Both the position numbers and the translations under genes were made by a program. The notes under the pieces are model-generated. The model ran no database searches, was not told the DNA's origin, and saw only the letters and a program-made list of their open reading frames with translations. Below are positions 54,931-64,000 of a stretch of DNA of 64,000 nt, in pieces; positions within the stretch are counted from its first letter, which is position 1; every line of letters begins with the position of its first letter. This stretch comes from an uncultured Methanosarcinaceae archaeon (lineage in GTDB: Archaea > Halobacteriota > Methanosarcinia > Methanosarcinales > Methanosarcinaceae), in contig CAWJYV010000010.1 of NCBI GenBank assembly GCA_963847185.1, positions 416,001 through 480,000 of the forward strand, given 5' to 3'.

Positions 54931-55229
54931 TCATTTTATAATCATTTAGACATATATATCATAACCGCTTCAAAAATTACGCTATGATAAGAATTTTTAA
55001 TTAGGTTAAATCCTTTAATCCCATTTGAAATTTTAATATCTTCAAAATATTTTCTGTTTTTAAAGTGATTCATTGAACTTTTGTCTAGAAGAGAAAAGTA
55101 AAAACAATATGAGAATTTAAGATATTAAAAATAAAGTTTACAATTTATTAAACGTTAACAGCAATGAGTTTAGAATAAGATAATTAAACAACTAGATCAA
55201 TAAAAAAATCTATGAAAACCTACATAATT

Positions 55230-55324
55230 AATTGATAGGGACCCTGTTCCCATTTAGCTGGTCCCTATCGATGATCCAACCCCAAGGAGATTGAGAGGAA
55301 ACCCTTACTCTCAACCTTTCTCCC
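55230..55324 (-). ncRNA. putative two-hairpin sRNA, copy 3 (diverged)
   Basis: Stems UUGAGAG/CUCUCAA and GAUAGGGACC/GGUCCCUAUC; loop UAAGGGUUUC and linker UUGGGGUUGGAUC retained. Confidence 0.65.
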
Positions 55325-55703
55325 TTTATAGTTTACAAGCTATATATTATAGCCGATTTAAAAAATAATCTTTGATTAAATTTATTGATTAGCCACATAT
55401 TTTTATTACCTTTAAAAATTTTAATATCATTAAAACAGTATCTGAAATTCGTTAGTTTTTCCCTCATTTTCTATTTATTCACTTTTAAAAGTAACCTCAA
55501 TTTTTCGTAGCATTGAAACTGCACCTTAACCTTCAATATTAAGCTGTAAGCTTAAAAATTATAATAGAATTAAGCAAGATCAGAAAGAAATGAAATTAAT
55601 GATGAAAGAATGAAAATAAATATAGAGATGAAATAGAATAGAAAAATAATGAAGAGAAGAATAAAATAGAGAAGAAAGAAGAAATGGAAAAAATCCTATC
55701 TCC

Positions 55704-56876
55704 TCAGATAATATATGACCTTAGCGGAGGAAAGCCGTTAAAATTCACTGAACTATAACTTTGAGTGTACGCGCCTGTTGTAAAGATATATACATGATTT
55801 CCTTCTCTCATTGTGTGAGGGAAGGAATATTTGTGGTGTTCATACAAAATATCCATGCTATCGCAGGTTGGACCTGCAAGGATTACTTCTTCGGCACAAC
55901 CCTTTTTGTCGCAGAATATGGGATACTTAATGGACTCATCAAGTGTTTCTATAAGGCCCCCGAATTTACCAATGTCGAGATAAACCCATTTGTACTGATT
56001 GAACCTGGCCTTTTTTGCGATCATTACAACTTCACTTACGATTATGCCGGCATTACCAACCAGAGATCTACCGGGTTCAATTAGAATTTCAGGTAATTCC
56101 TCCCCAAAATCTTCATGCAAAAAGCGGCGGATCTCACGGGCATAAGTTTCAAGGTCATGAGCCTGCGCCTGGTATTTTGCGGGAAAACCTCCTCCGAGGT
56201 TGATCATTTTTAAACGGATACCTTTTTCAGCAACTGCTTCAAAGAGGTATTTGCATTTGGAAATAGCATTGTCCCACTGCCCAATGTCCCTCTGCTGGGA
56301 ACCAACATGGAAAGAAAGTCCATATGGCTCAAGTCCAAGCTTGTCAGCCTTAAGAATAAACTTGTATATAAGGTCAGGATGCGATCCGAATTTCCGTGAA
56401 AGAGGCCAATCAGCGCCATCGCTTTCAGTAAGGATCCGGAAAAAGACCCTGGAACCCGGAGCTCTTCTAGCTAATTTCTTTAAATCACTTTCAGAATCAG
56501 TAACAAAAAGCCTTACTCCCTTTTCATACGCATAAGCTATATCCTTTTCTTTTTTGATTGTGTTTCCATAACTGATCCTCTCAGGTTCCACCCCGAGCCT
56601 GAGTAACTGGTCCAGTTCATAAACCGTTGCCACATCAAAACTAGAGCCTTTATTTTTCAGAGCAAGCACAACTTCATCCATAGGGTTTGCCTTTACAGCA
56701 TAATGAATTTTTGCAAAAGGCATGTGCTCTACCAGCTCTTCATAACCTCGCTCTATCTTCTGCAGATCAACGATTAAAAAAGGTGTCTCTTTATCCCGGG
56801 AAAACTTTTTTATTTTGTTAAAGTACTCTCTGGAAACAAAGTCCTCCAGCGGGAATTCATAACGCTCTTTTCTCAT
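55704..56876 (-). CDS. fold-type III PLP ornithine (lysine) decarboxylase
   Basis: HYAVKANP, SRKFG, SFHVGSQ, NLGGG, EPGR, GPTCDS.D, GAYT. Confidence 0.93.
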   Translation of the reverse strand: MRKERYEFPLEDFVSREYFNKIKKFSRDKETPFLIVDLQKIERGYEELVEHMPFAKIHYAVKANPMDEVVLALKNKGSSFDVATVYELDQLLRLGVEPERISYGNTIKKEKDIAYAYEKGVRLFVTDSESDLKKLARRAPGSRVFFRILTESDGADWPLSRKFGSHPDLIYKFILKADKLGLEPYGLSFHVGSQQRDIGQWDNAISKCKYLFEAVAEKGIRLKMINLGGGFPAKYQAQAHDLETYAREIRRFLHEDFGEELPEILIEPGRSLVGNAGIIVSEVVMIAKKARFNQYKWVYLDIGKFGGLIETLDESIKYPIFCDKKGCAEEVILAGPTCDSMDILYEHHKYSFPHTMREGNHVYIFTTGAYTQSYSSVNFNGFPPLRSYII

Positions 56877-57387
56877 ATCTACTCCCGTTTTATAATAAAC
56901 TGGGTTATAATTTACATTATGTTAGTTCTTATTAATAATTTTTAGCATTTCTTCTTTTTGTATCAATTAATGAAGCAATAATCAGTTATTTTGATAATCC
57001 GTAAATAAGGCGATTCAAATAGGATTTTATGTATATAAAACTAATTATTGTTGAATATTCAGACGCAAAATGAGCTTAAATGAAGAAATGTTTAAGATAA
57101 ATAGCCAGATGCAGAAAAAAAGCTTAATTATCCTTTTTTTAGCCATTAAAGGCTTTAAAAAATCCTTTAATTCAATAGAATTTACGAGAAATCGCAAATT
57201 ATCCAGAAATACGCAGAGAGAATTTTTCCTTCAAAAAGGAGTATTATAGGTTTAAAACAAAATAAAGAAGATTTTTAATGATTAATCAGTAATAAAAGGT
57301 TTACTTTACAATAGTTTGAACAAATAATTAATATTGTACTTTTTACAGAAGATCATATTTAGGAACACAACAAGAAGTTTCAAATTG

Positions 57388-58671
57388 TTATAGGGGGCCT
57401 TTCTTTCCGGTTATGAGCAGTACTATGAGTATACTGATTCCTACAAGAATAAATCCGTAAGTTATGGCTTCTGCATTTAACTGAGAAAAGAGAAACAAAG
57501 AAGAAAGAACTCCAAAAAAAGGAATTAAGGGTAACCGGCCTATACTAAAAGGAACCTTAAAAGGACGCTTTCTTTCAGGATCAGAATAACGGAGCTTTAT
57601 AAGAGAGAGGTTAACCATAAGAAAAACAATAAAAATCATAAAGTTAGCGATATTTGCTATAGTTATAATATCTCTGAATAAGACAAACAAAATTGAAAGA
57701 CATGCAATTCCGAAAATTGCAACCCAGGGAGTCTGGTAATGGCTGTGTACCCTTGAGAGGCTTCTTGGAAGGGAGCCTGCATGCGCCATGCCGTAAACAA
57801 TCCTTGACCCTCCAAGCATAACCACAAGTACGGTATTCATCGTGGAAAAAAGAGCAATCCAGGAAAGAAGGACAAAAGCATTATCTCCAAGAGCTACAGC
57901 TGCAACATCGGCAAGAGGGACACTTGAGAGCCCGAGAGTGTTATAATTAAGCACACTTACTGAAGTTACTGCAACACAAATATAAAGAAAAACTGTAGAA
58001 AATATGGCTATGAGCAAAGCTTTAGGAGTTGTTTTCTCTGCATCCTTTGTTTCCTGAGATAGTCTCACAATGTCTTCAAAACCCAGGAATGCAAAAATAA
58101 TCAGAGCAGAAGCCTCAAAGATACCTGACAGATCCGGAGCCTCAAAGTAATTTACAGTACCAAGGTAAGGGAGGCCAATATAAATAATAATCAGAAGCCC
58201 GGACAATTCAATCAGGGTTATGGAAATAGCCAGCCGCGCAGACTCCCTGATTCCGTAAACCATAATCAGACTGAGAACAATAAAGAGACCTACTGAACCT
58301 ATTAAATTTCCGATTCCGAAAAGAGAGTTGAAATATCTTCCAAAGCCGAGGGCGACCGCAGAACTGGTTATTACCACAAAGTAGACAACAAGAAGCCCTA
58401 CAAATAAGCCCATACGTTCCCCAAAAGCTCTTTTCACAAACTCATATTCTGCCCCTGCTCTTGGATACATGGAAGATAGCTCCATGTAGCTAAGCGCGGA
58501 AAGTGCAGCAGTAATTCCTGCAAAAAGGAAGGAAAACCAGACCATATTGCCTGCAAGCCCTGCAGCTTTTCCCATAAGCACATAGATTCCGGCTCCAAGG
58601 ATATTCCCAATTCCCACCAGAGTAATCTCCAGTAAACTCAATTCTCTTTTTAGTTCGGATTTTCCTTCCAT
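57388..58671 (-). CDS. APC-family amino acid/polyamine permease
   Basis: G.ILGAGIY, Y.EL.S.YP.AG, FAF.GFE, R..Y.MA..G.LP. Confidence 0.92.
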   Translation of the reverse strand: MEGKSELKRELSLLEITLVGIGNILGAGIYVLMGKAAGLAGNMVWFSFLFAGITAALSALSYMELSSMYPRAGAEYEFVKRAFGERMGLFVGLLVVYFVVITSSAVALGFGRYFNSLFGIGNLIGSVGLFIVLSLIMVYGIRESARLAISITLIELSGLLIIIYIGLPYLGTVNYFEAPDLSGIFEASALIIFAFLGFEDIVRLSQETKDAEKTTPKALLIAIFSTVFLYICVAVTSVSVLNYNTLGLSSVPLADVAAVALGDNAFVLLSWIALFSTMNTVLVVMLGGSRIVYGMAHAGSLPRSLSRVHSHYQTPWVAIFGIACLSILFVLFRDIITIANIANFMIFIVFLMVNLSLIKLRYSDPERKRPFKVPFSIGRLPLIPFFGVLSSLFLFSQLNAEAITYGFILVGISILIVLLITGKKGPL

Positions 58672-58908
58672 AAAAACCTCTGCATCTGAAATATGGGTCG
58701 TGCCCCCAAGTTATTGAACAGAAATTCTGTCGTGGATATGATTTATTTATCAAGTCCGAAAAAGCAAGTACATTTCCCCTATATTAGGAAAAATGTAGAT
58801 AGATTTCTATGCTTACAGTTTTCAATGACCCACTCCCACTACCAGATTTTTCAATCCGGAAATTTTTGGATATCGAATTTATTTAGAATTAATATTATAT
58901 ATGTGGCC

Positions 58909-60096
58909 CTATGGCTGTGATCTCATTTTTTGAGCCAGTTCCCTGCCAATTTCTTCAACTTTTTTTAAGTCTTCTTCTTGGGCTCTGCCCTTCACCTGTA
59001 GAGTTCCTACAATCTCCATTTTCGAAGGAACCAGGATTTCTCCTGCCTGTTTCAGGGCTCCTCCGCCCCATCCGAATGACCCGAGTACGACCCCATACTT
59101 TGCCGGTGGGTTGAGAGCTTTTACCAGATAAGCACCATAAAGGGCAAGCGGGTGCATACCTGCGAGAACTGTCGGCGCCCCAAGAATAATTGCCCTTGAG
59201 TCAACCAGTTCCCTTGCGACATCCCCTATATCCGAGACTGCAAGGTCATACATTCTAACATCAATGCCTTCTTTTAGCAAAGTTTCTGCCATCGTCCGAA
59301 CCATTTCCTGGGTGGAACCCCACATACTCACATAGACAACAAGGGCTTTGTTTTCGGTTTCTCCTGCGGTCCATTTTGCATAGGGTTCAAGTATTCGCTG
59401 TGGGTTTTTGTAAATAGGTCCGTGGCTGGGGGCAATTATCTCGATATCCAGATCCTTTATTTTTTCAAGGGCTTTTGCCCCCATTTTTCCGAAAGGCATC
59501 ATAATTTCCCCGTAGTAACGTTTTGCAAGAGGAATAAGGTCTTCGAGGTCTTCATCATAGACTCCCTGAGCTGTGTGGGCTCCGAAAAAGTCACATGGGA
59601 AAAGAACTTTGTCCTCAGGCAGATATGTAAACATTGTCTCAGGCCAGTGTAGCCAGGGTGCTTCTATAAAACGAAGAGTCTTCCCACCAAGCTCAAGGCT
59701 ATCCCCTTCAGCAACGATCTTTATCCGATTTTCAGGCAATTCATGATATAGCCTGGCCATCTTTACTCCTCTTTCCGTTGTAACAAGTACTGAGTCAGGA
59801 GCCATATCCATAATATAACTAATTGCACTGGCGTGATCCGGTTCGGCATGATTCATAATAAGGTAGTCCAGTTTCTCCAGGTTAGATATCATACTTATTT
59901 TTTCTTCGAACTCCTTTTCAAAACCAGGATTCACAGTATCTATTAGGGCTGTTTTGTATTCCCCTTTTACAAGGTAAGCATTGTAACTGGTTCCTTGAGG
60001 AAGCGGAATTAACGCATCAAACATTCTGCGGCTCCAATCTTTTGATCCGACGGCAAAAACATTCTTTGAAATCTCTGGAATATGATAAGTCTTCAT
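58909..60096 (-). CDS. fprA: flavodiiron protein (FprA family)
   Basis: GTSYNAY, HAEPDH, HWPE, DFFG, PSHG; C-terminal flavodoxin. Confidence 0.93.
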   Translation of the reverse strand: MKTYHIPEISKNVFAVGSKDWSRRMFDALIPLPQGTSYNAYLVKGEYKTALIDTVNPGFEKEFEEKISMISNLEKLDYLIMNHAEPDHASAISYIMDMAPDSVLVTTERGVKMARLYHELPENRIKIVAEGDSLELGGKTLRFIEAPWLHWPETMFTYLPEDKVLFPCDFFGAHTAQGVYDEDLEDLIPLAKRYYGEIMMPFGKMGAKALEKIKDLDIEIIAPSHGPIYKNPQRILEPYAKWTAGETENKALVVYVSMWGSTQEMVRTMAETLLKEGIDVRMYDLAVSDIGDVARELVDSRAIILGAPTVLAGMHPLALYGAYLVKALNPPAKYGVVLGSFGWGGGALKQAGEILVPSKMEIVGTLQVKGRAQEEDLKKVEEIGRELAQKMRSQP

Positions 60097-60494
60097 ATTT
60101 CTCCTCCGTTCTCCCTGATAGAGTAAAAGAAACAGACAGGAACTTCGACCGTTCCTATAAGTTTTAAATTATTTTACTAAATGTCTATATTGTTTTCGTG
60201 TAATATATTTATTAGGCAAAATCTTTATCTTACCTGACTTTCCTGTGAGGAAAACATAATTATTCGAATAGGTCTATCGCTTTTAAGTTACATAGTATTT
60301 TTTTTAAAAAATAAAAAAAAGAAAAACTTTATATAGACAGCAGTAAGTTATCACTTTCCTATTCAGGCAAGAATTCATAAAATTATCATTGACATGGCAA
60401 CCGATAAGCCTGAACAATATTCGGTATTGAAATTGAGGCTTTGAATACTCGAATATTTCATTCAAACATATTTTAATCAAAAGAAGGGATATTT

Positions 60495-62015
60495 ATGAAG
60501 ACATCAAATGTAGAACTGAATCCGAACAAACTGGTACAATACCTTAACAAGCCAGCAAGCGAATTCACTAAAGACGACATTATAAGGTTCATCAAGGAAA
60601 ACGGCATTAAGATGCTGAATTTCCGCTATGTTGGCGGCGATGGGAGGCTTAAAGCTCTCACCTTCGTGATCAGAGACGAAGAACATCTTGACAATTTACT
60701 TTCCGCTGGTGAAAGAGTAGACGGGTCAAGTCTTTTTTCATACATTGAAGCAGACACAAGTGACCTCTATGTCCTTCCGAAATACAGGACTGCCTTCGTA
60801 AATCCTTTTGAAGAGATCCCCACTCTGGACATCCTTTGTTCTTACTTTGACAAGGACGGAACCCCTCTCAAAAGTTCTTCCGAAACCGTTATGAAGAAGG
60901 CTGCCCAGGTCCTGACCGAGAAGACAGGCTATGAACTTCAGGCAATGGGCGAACTCGAGTACTATATCATCGCCAATAAAGATGAAGTCAACATGGGTTT
61001 CCCGGCCGTTGACCAGAGAGGGTATCACGAATCCAACCCCTTCACCAAATATGACCAGCTCAGGAAAGAAGCAATGATGTACATCTCCGAAGCTGGCGGA
61101 AAAATCAAGTACGGGCACTCTGAAGTAGGGAACTTCTCTGATGATAAGTATTATTACGAGCAGAACGAAATCGAATTCGAGACTGACACACTTGAAAACA
61201 GTGCCGACAGACTGATTATTGCAAAGTGGATGCTCAGGATGCTCGCCGATCAATACGGCGTAACTGTCAGTTTTGCCCCGAAGATTACTGTTGGAAAAGC
61301 CGGAAGTGGACTGCACGTTCACATGAAGCTCCTGAAGGACGGAAAGAGTGTTATGGTCGAGAACTGCAATGTTAGTGACACTGCAAAGTGTGCAATGGCA
61401 GGTCTTCTTGACATTGCAGCAGGAATCACTGCCTTTGGAAACAGAATTCCTACATCCTACCTGCGCCTTGTTCCTCACCAGGAAGCTCCAACCAATATCT
61501 GCTGGGGAGACAGGAACCGCTCTGCCCTGATCCGTGTACCTCTTGGCTGGTTCGCCGATGACTGCAGCAAAATGATAGCCCAGGTCAACCCGAACTACAA
61601 CGAGGAGTTCAGGAGCCACAGCTACAAGTCTACCTTCGAATTCCGTGCTGCAGACCCCTCAGCTGACCTTTACCTCCTCTTAGCAGCCTTTGCTGTAGGT
61701 ATCCGCCATGGCTTTGAGATGGAAAATGCCCTTGAAATTGCCGACAAGCTCTATATCAACGTGAACATCTTCAAGGACGAACATAAAGACAGACTTGCCC
61801 AGCTTGAACACCTCCCAGCTTCTTGCTACGAGTCCGCTCAGGCCCTGAAGAAATACAAGGATGTTTTCACTCAGTACGATGTCTTCACTGAAGGTATGAT
61901 TAACGACACCGCAAAACTCCTTGAAGCCTACAATGACTACCAGCTCAGTGAGAGGCTCTACGGCAAGAACGAAGAAATCAAGAAACTTGTGGACACTTAC
62001 ATCCACGTCGCCTGA
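60495..62015 (+). CDS. glnA: glutamine synthetase family protein (GlnA2-like, 506 aa)
   Basis: DGSS, ELEYY, HSEV, GSGLHVH, RLVP..EAP, NRSALIRVP, EFRAAD. Confidence 0.9.
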   Translation: MKTSNVELNPNKLVQYLNKPASEFTKDDIIRFIKENGIKMLNFRYVGGDGRLKALTFVIRDEEHLDNLLSAGERVDGSSLFSYIEADTSDLYVLPKYRTAFVNPFEEIPTLDILCSYFDKDGTPLKSSSETVMKKAAQVLTEKTGYELQAMGELEYYIIANKDEVNMGFPAVDQRGYHESNPFTKYDQLRKEAMMYISEAGGKIKYGHSEVGNFSDDKYYYEQNEIEFETDTLENSADRLIIAKWMLRMLADQYGVTVSFAPKITVGKAGSGLHVHMKLLKDGKSVMVENCNVSDTAKCAMAGLLDIAAGITAFGNRIPTSYLRLVPHQEAPTNICWGDRNRSALIRVPLGWFADDCSKMIAQVNPNYNEEFRSHSYKSTFEFRAADPSADLYLLLAAFAVGIRHGFEMENALEIADKLYINVNIFKDEHKDRLAQLEHLPASCYESAQALKKYKDVFTQYDVFTEGMINDTAKLLEAYNDYQLSERLYGKNEEIKKLVDTYIHVA

Positions 62016-62063
62016 TACCTATCAGCGATCTTAAATAAGCTTTTACTAACCGGAAAACCACAC

Positions 62064-62125
62064 GAGGGTTCCATTCTTTTGAGTGGGACCCTGAATAATA
62101 TTTTTCGATTGTTTTTATTTTTTAA
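62064..62125 (+). terminator. hairpin plus T-rich tract after glnA
   Basis: AGGGTTCCA...TGGGACCCT followed by T runs. Confidence 0.5.
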
Positions 62126-62317
62126 ATTACTTCTCAGACTACTTTTGAACTCTAAACTTCTTCTTAACCCATTTACACTATTTTTGGTAGTTGTTTTCAT
62201 GCCTGAAATCAGGAATCTATTCTGGCTTCGGACCCATGACTGAAAACCTGCAGTTGGTTTATTTATCTTAAAGAGATGTATAGGCACGTAAAGCGAAGAA
62301 GACCCGGATGACTATAA

Positions 62318-63277
62318 ATGATGGATAAGATCAACCCCACAAAGATGCCAGAAGAATTGAAAACTGAGAAGATAAACAGTCCAGAAAAAAAGGATCATAA
62401 TTCTGAAAAAACGGAGTCAAAGGTAACAATTATCTGCTCTGCTCCTGATCTTGCAAGCCAGAATATCAAAACTCATCTTTTGAACCTCAGAGAATGGGAA
62501 CTGCTCAAGCTTCCGGAAAACTCGGAGTTCTCTGTAGCCCGAGAATCCCTGGATGGAAAGTTCAGACTTGTTGACATTGAAGAACTCCATGTTTTTCAGG
62601 ACGGACTTGATAAGAGGCTTGAAGCTACAGGGCTGCCAGCTTCCGTGATAATCTTCGCATCCAAACACAGAAGTAAAGAAGAAATAAATTCCCTTACCGT
62701 ACACTGCACAGGAAACCCTTCAGAAGAAGCAAGACTTGGGGGACGCCCTAAAACCCTTGCAGTCGCTTCTCCGGCTGCAATGAAATCCATACTCAACGAA
62801 ATGAAGCGGCTCGCTGAAGAAAAAGGCCTGAAGTATGACGTTACCCTCGAAGTAACCCACCACGGCCCGACAGAACTTTCAGTCCCATCTCTCTATGCCG
62901 AAATCGGAAGCACTGAGGTGCAGTGGAAAGACCCTGAAGCAGGAGAAGTTGCTGCAAAAGCCATTCTTGCGGTTTCTCTTGAAAAAGTGCCTGTTGCGAT
63001 CGGTTTTGGAGGCGGACATTATGCCATGCGCCAGACAGGACTTCTGCTTGAAACTGATATTTCTTTTGGACATAATTTTCCCAAATACCAGCTGGAATTT
63101 ACCGATGAGGCTTTGATCAAACAGGCAGTTGAAAAGTCAAACGCTGAATTCGCTTATTTTGACCGGAAATCCATGAAAAGTGAGGATAGAAACCGGATTT
63201 CCGAAATTCTGGAGAGATTGGGGCTTAAAGTTCTCAAAGAATCTGAAATTAGAGAGAAGTATGGGCACGAAAGTTAA
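62318..63277 (+). CDS. dtdA: archaeal D-aminoacyl-tRNA deacylase (DTD2)
   Basis: FASKH.S, LTVH..GN, EVTHHGP, EIGS, GGGHYA. Confidence 0.93.
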   Translation: MMDKINPTKMPEELKTEKINSPEKKDHNSEKTESKVTIICSAPDLASQNIKTHLLNLREWELLKLPENSEFSVARESLDGKFRLVDIEELHVFQDGLDKRLEATGLPASVIIFASKHRSKEEINSLTVHCTGNPSEEARLGGRPKTLAVASPAAMKSILNEMKRLAEEKGLKYDVTLEVTHHGPTELSVPSLYAEIGSTEVQWKDPEAGEVAAKAILAVSLEKVPVAIGFGGGHYAMRQTGLLLETDISFGHNFPKYQLEFTDEALIKQAVEKSNAEFAYFDRKSMKSEDRNRISEILERLGLKVLKESEIREKYGHES

Positions 63278-63343
63278 ATGTACATCTTATTTTATTTTAA
63301 AATAAAGAAAACTCCAGAGATTTCTTAAGTAGGATAGAATATA

Positions 63344-63715
63344 ATGTTCAGGGCTTATATTGTTCCAGTTTTTCTCCGCTTTCTTTTTGGAGGAACTGCA
63401 GTTGTAGCTTCGGCAATTATTGCAAAAAATTTTGGAGGCAGGCTCGGAGGAGTCCTTGCAACTTTTCCTGTAGTGTATCTGACAGCAATTCTGAGCCTGA
63501 GTATGGATTATAAAAGCAGTGAACTGCTTTTAGCCTCAGAACAGCTTTCTAATGGAGCCTTTGTGGGAATGGCAGCTGATATCTGCTGTGCTCTTGCAGC
63601 AAGCTTCATGATTCTCAGGTATGGGTGGAAAAGAGGCCTTGCATTTGCCCTCCTCCTCTGGTCAATAGTCGCTCCGGCAATCTTTTATTTTGGGCAATTA
63701 CGCAAAAAAGGATGA
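63344..63715 (+). CDS. DUF3147-like small membrane protein
   Basis: RFLFGG.AV, GG..A.FP.V; about 4 TM segments. Confidence 0.7.
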   Translation: MFRAYIVPVFLRFLFGGTAVVASAIIAKNFGGRLGGVLATFPVVYLTAILSLSMDYKSSELLLASEQLSNGAFVGMAADICCALAASFMILRYGWKRGLAFALLLWSIVAPAIFYFGQLRKKG

Positions 63716-63806
63716 ACAAGATTAAGTTACAATAAAAAACCTAGCCTCAGTCAGCAAACTAAATTATTAAGAAATAATTAATATGTTAGTAACCTGCAAA
63801 ACGAAA

Positions 63807-64000
63807 TTACTGGACGCGAATAATATTTTCAGGCTTTCGTGGGATCATAGTTACAAGGGACCCTTCCAGAGTCTGGATATACGAAAGTTCATCGATTGTC
63901 TTTTTGAAGCTCTTCAATTTGTTTCCTTCTAAAGGCCTGAACCTGGTATACTCGTCATAGTAAGCACTATCATAGACGTCAAATTTACCTGGTTGTCTTT
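63807..64000 (-). CDS. 3' end of a gene entering from beyond the window (..SLVTMIPRKPENIIRVQ)
   Basis: Open frame of over 60 codons from the window edge to TAA at 63807. Confidence 0.55.
   Translation of the reverse strand, partial: RQPGKFDVYDSAYYDEYTRFRPLEGNKLKSFKKTIDELSYIQTLEGSLVTMIPRKPENIIRVQ

Noticed and set aside
55560-55700. Purine-rich low-complexity tract after ornithine decarboxylase
   Set aside because: Ordinary T-rich terminator region on the minus strand with no defined repeat unit.
60100-60494. NrpR (GGAA-N6-TTCC) or MsvR operator upstream of glnA/fprA
   Set aside because: No correctly spaced site seen; the nearest has a 9-nt spacer.
60738-61619. 293-aa minus-strand ORF and similar overlapping ORFs elsewhere
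   Set aside because: Antisense shadows of well-supported, codon-biased genes.

Overview
Archaeal chromosome segment. Gene content, promoters and repeats indicate Methanosarcina. The conserved core includes: (1) the rpl15e-Rpp30-Pop5-psmA-SBDS-rrp4/41/42-rpl37ae-rpoP-Brix-pcc1 superoperon; (2) thiM/thiE, pspA, msvR and trm1; (3) the trmY-pus10-rpl21e-rpoF-DUF655-rsmA-hemK cluster; (4) a P-type ATPase, nudC, ornithine decarboxylase, an APC permease, fprA, glnA and dtdA. Two regions stand out. First, a ~16.4 kb AT-rich island (about 2.9-19.3 kb) separates rpoP from Brix and looks like a casposon graveyard. It has two homologous tRNA-Leu-3'-like CGCAC-N9|GGG junctions and four co-oriented, differently deleted casposase (Cas1-solo) remnants. 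Between them lie a NACHT NTPase, surface proteins, a duplicated micro-membrane-protein module and two MITEs. There is no PolB and no CRISPR array. Second, an ORF-free stretch (54.4-55.4 kb) holds three ~400-bp units. Each has its own BRE/TATA and a ~100-nt two-hairpin RNA with covarying stems and conserved single-stranded GGG motifs, overlapped antisense by a frame-conserved 18-20 codon ORF. All calls were made by eye; no searches were run.
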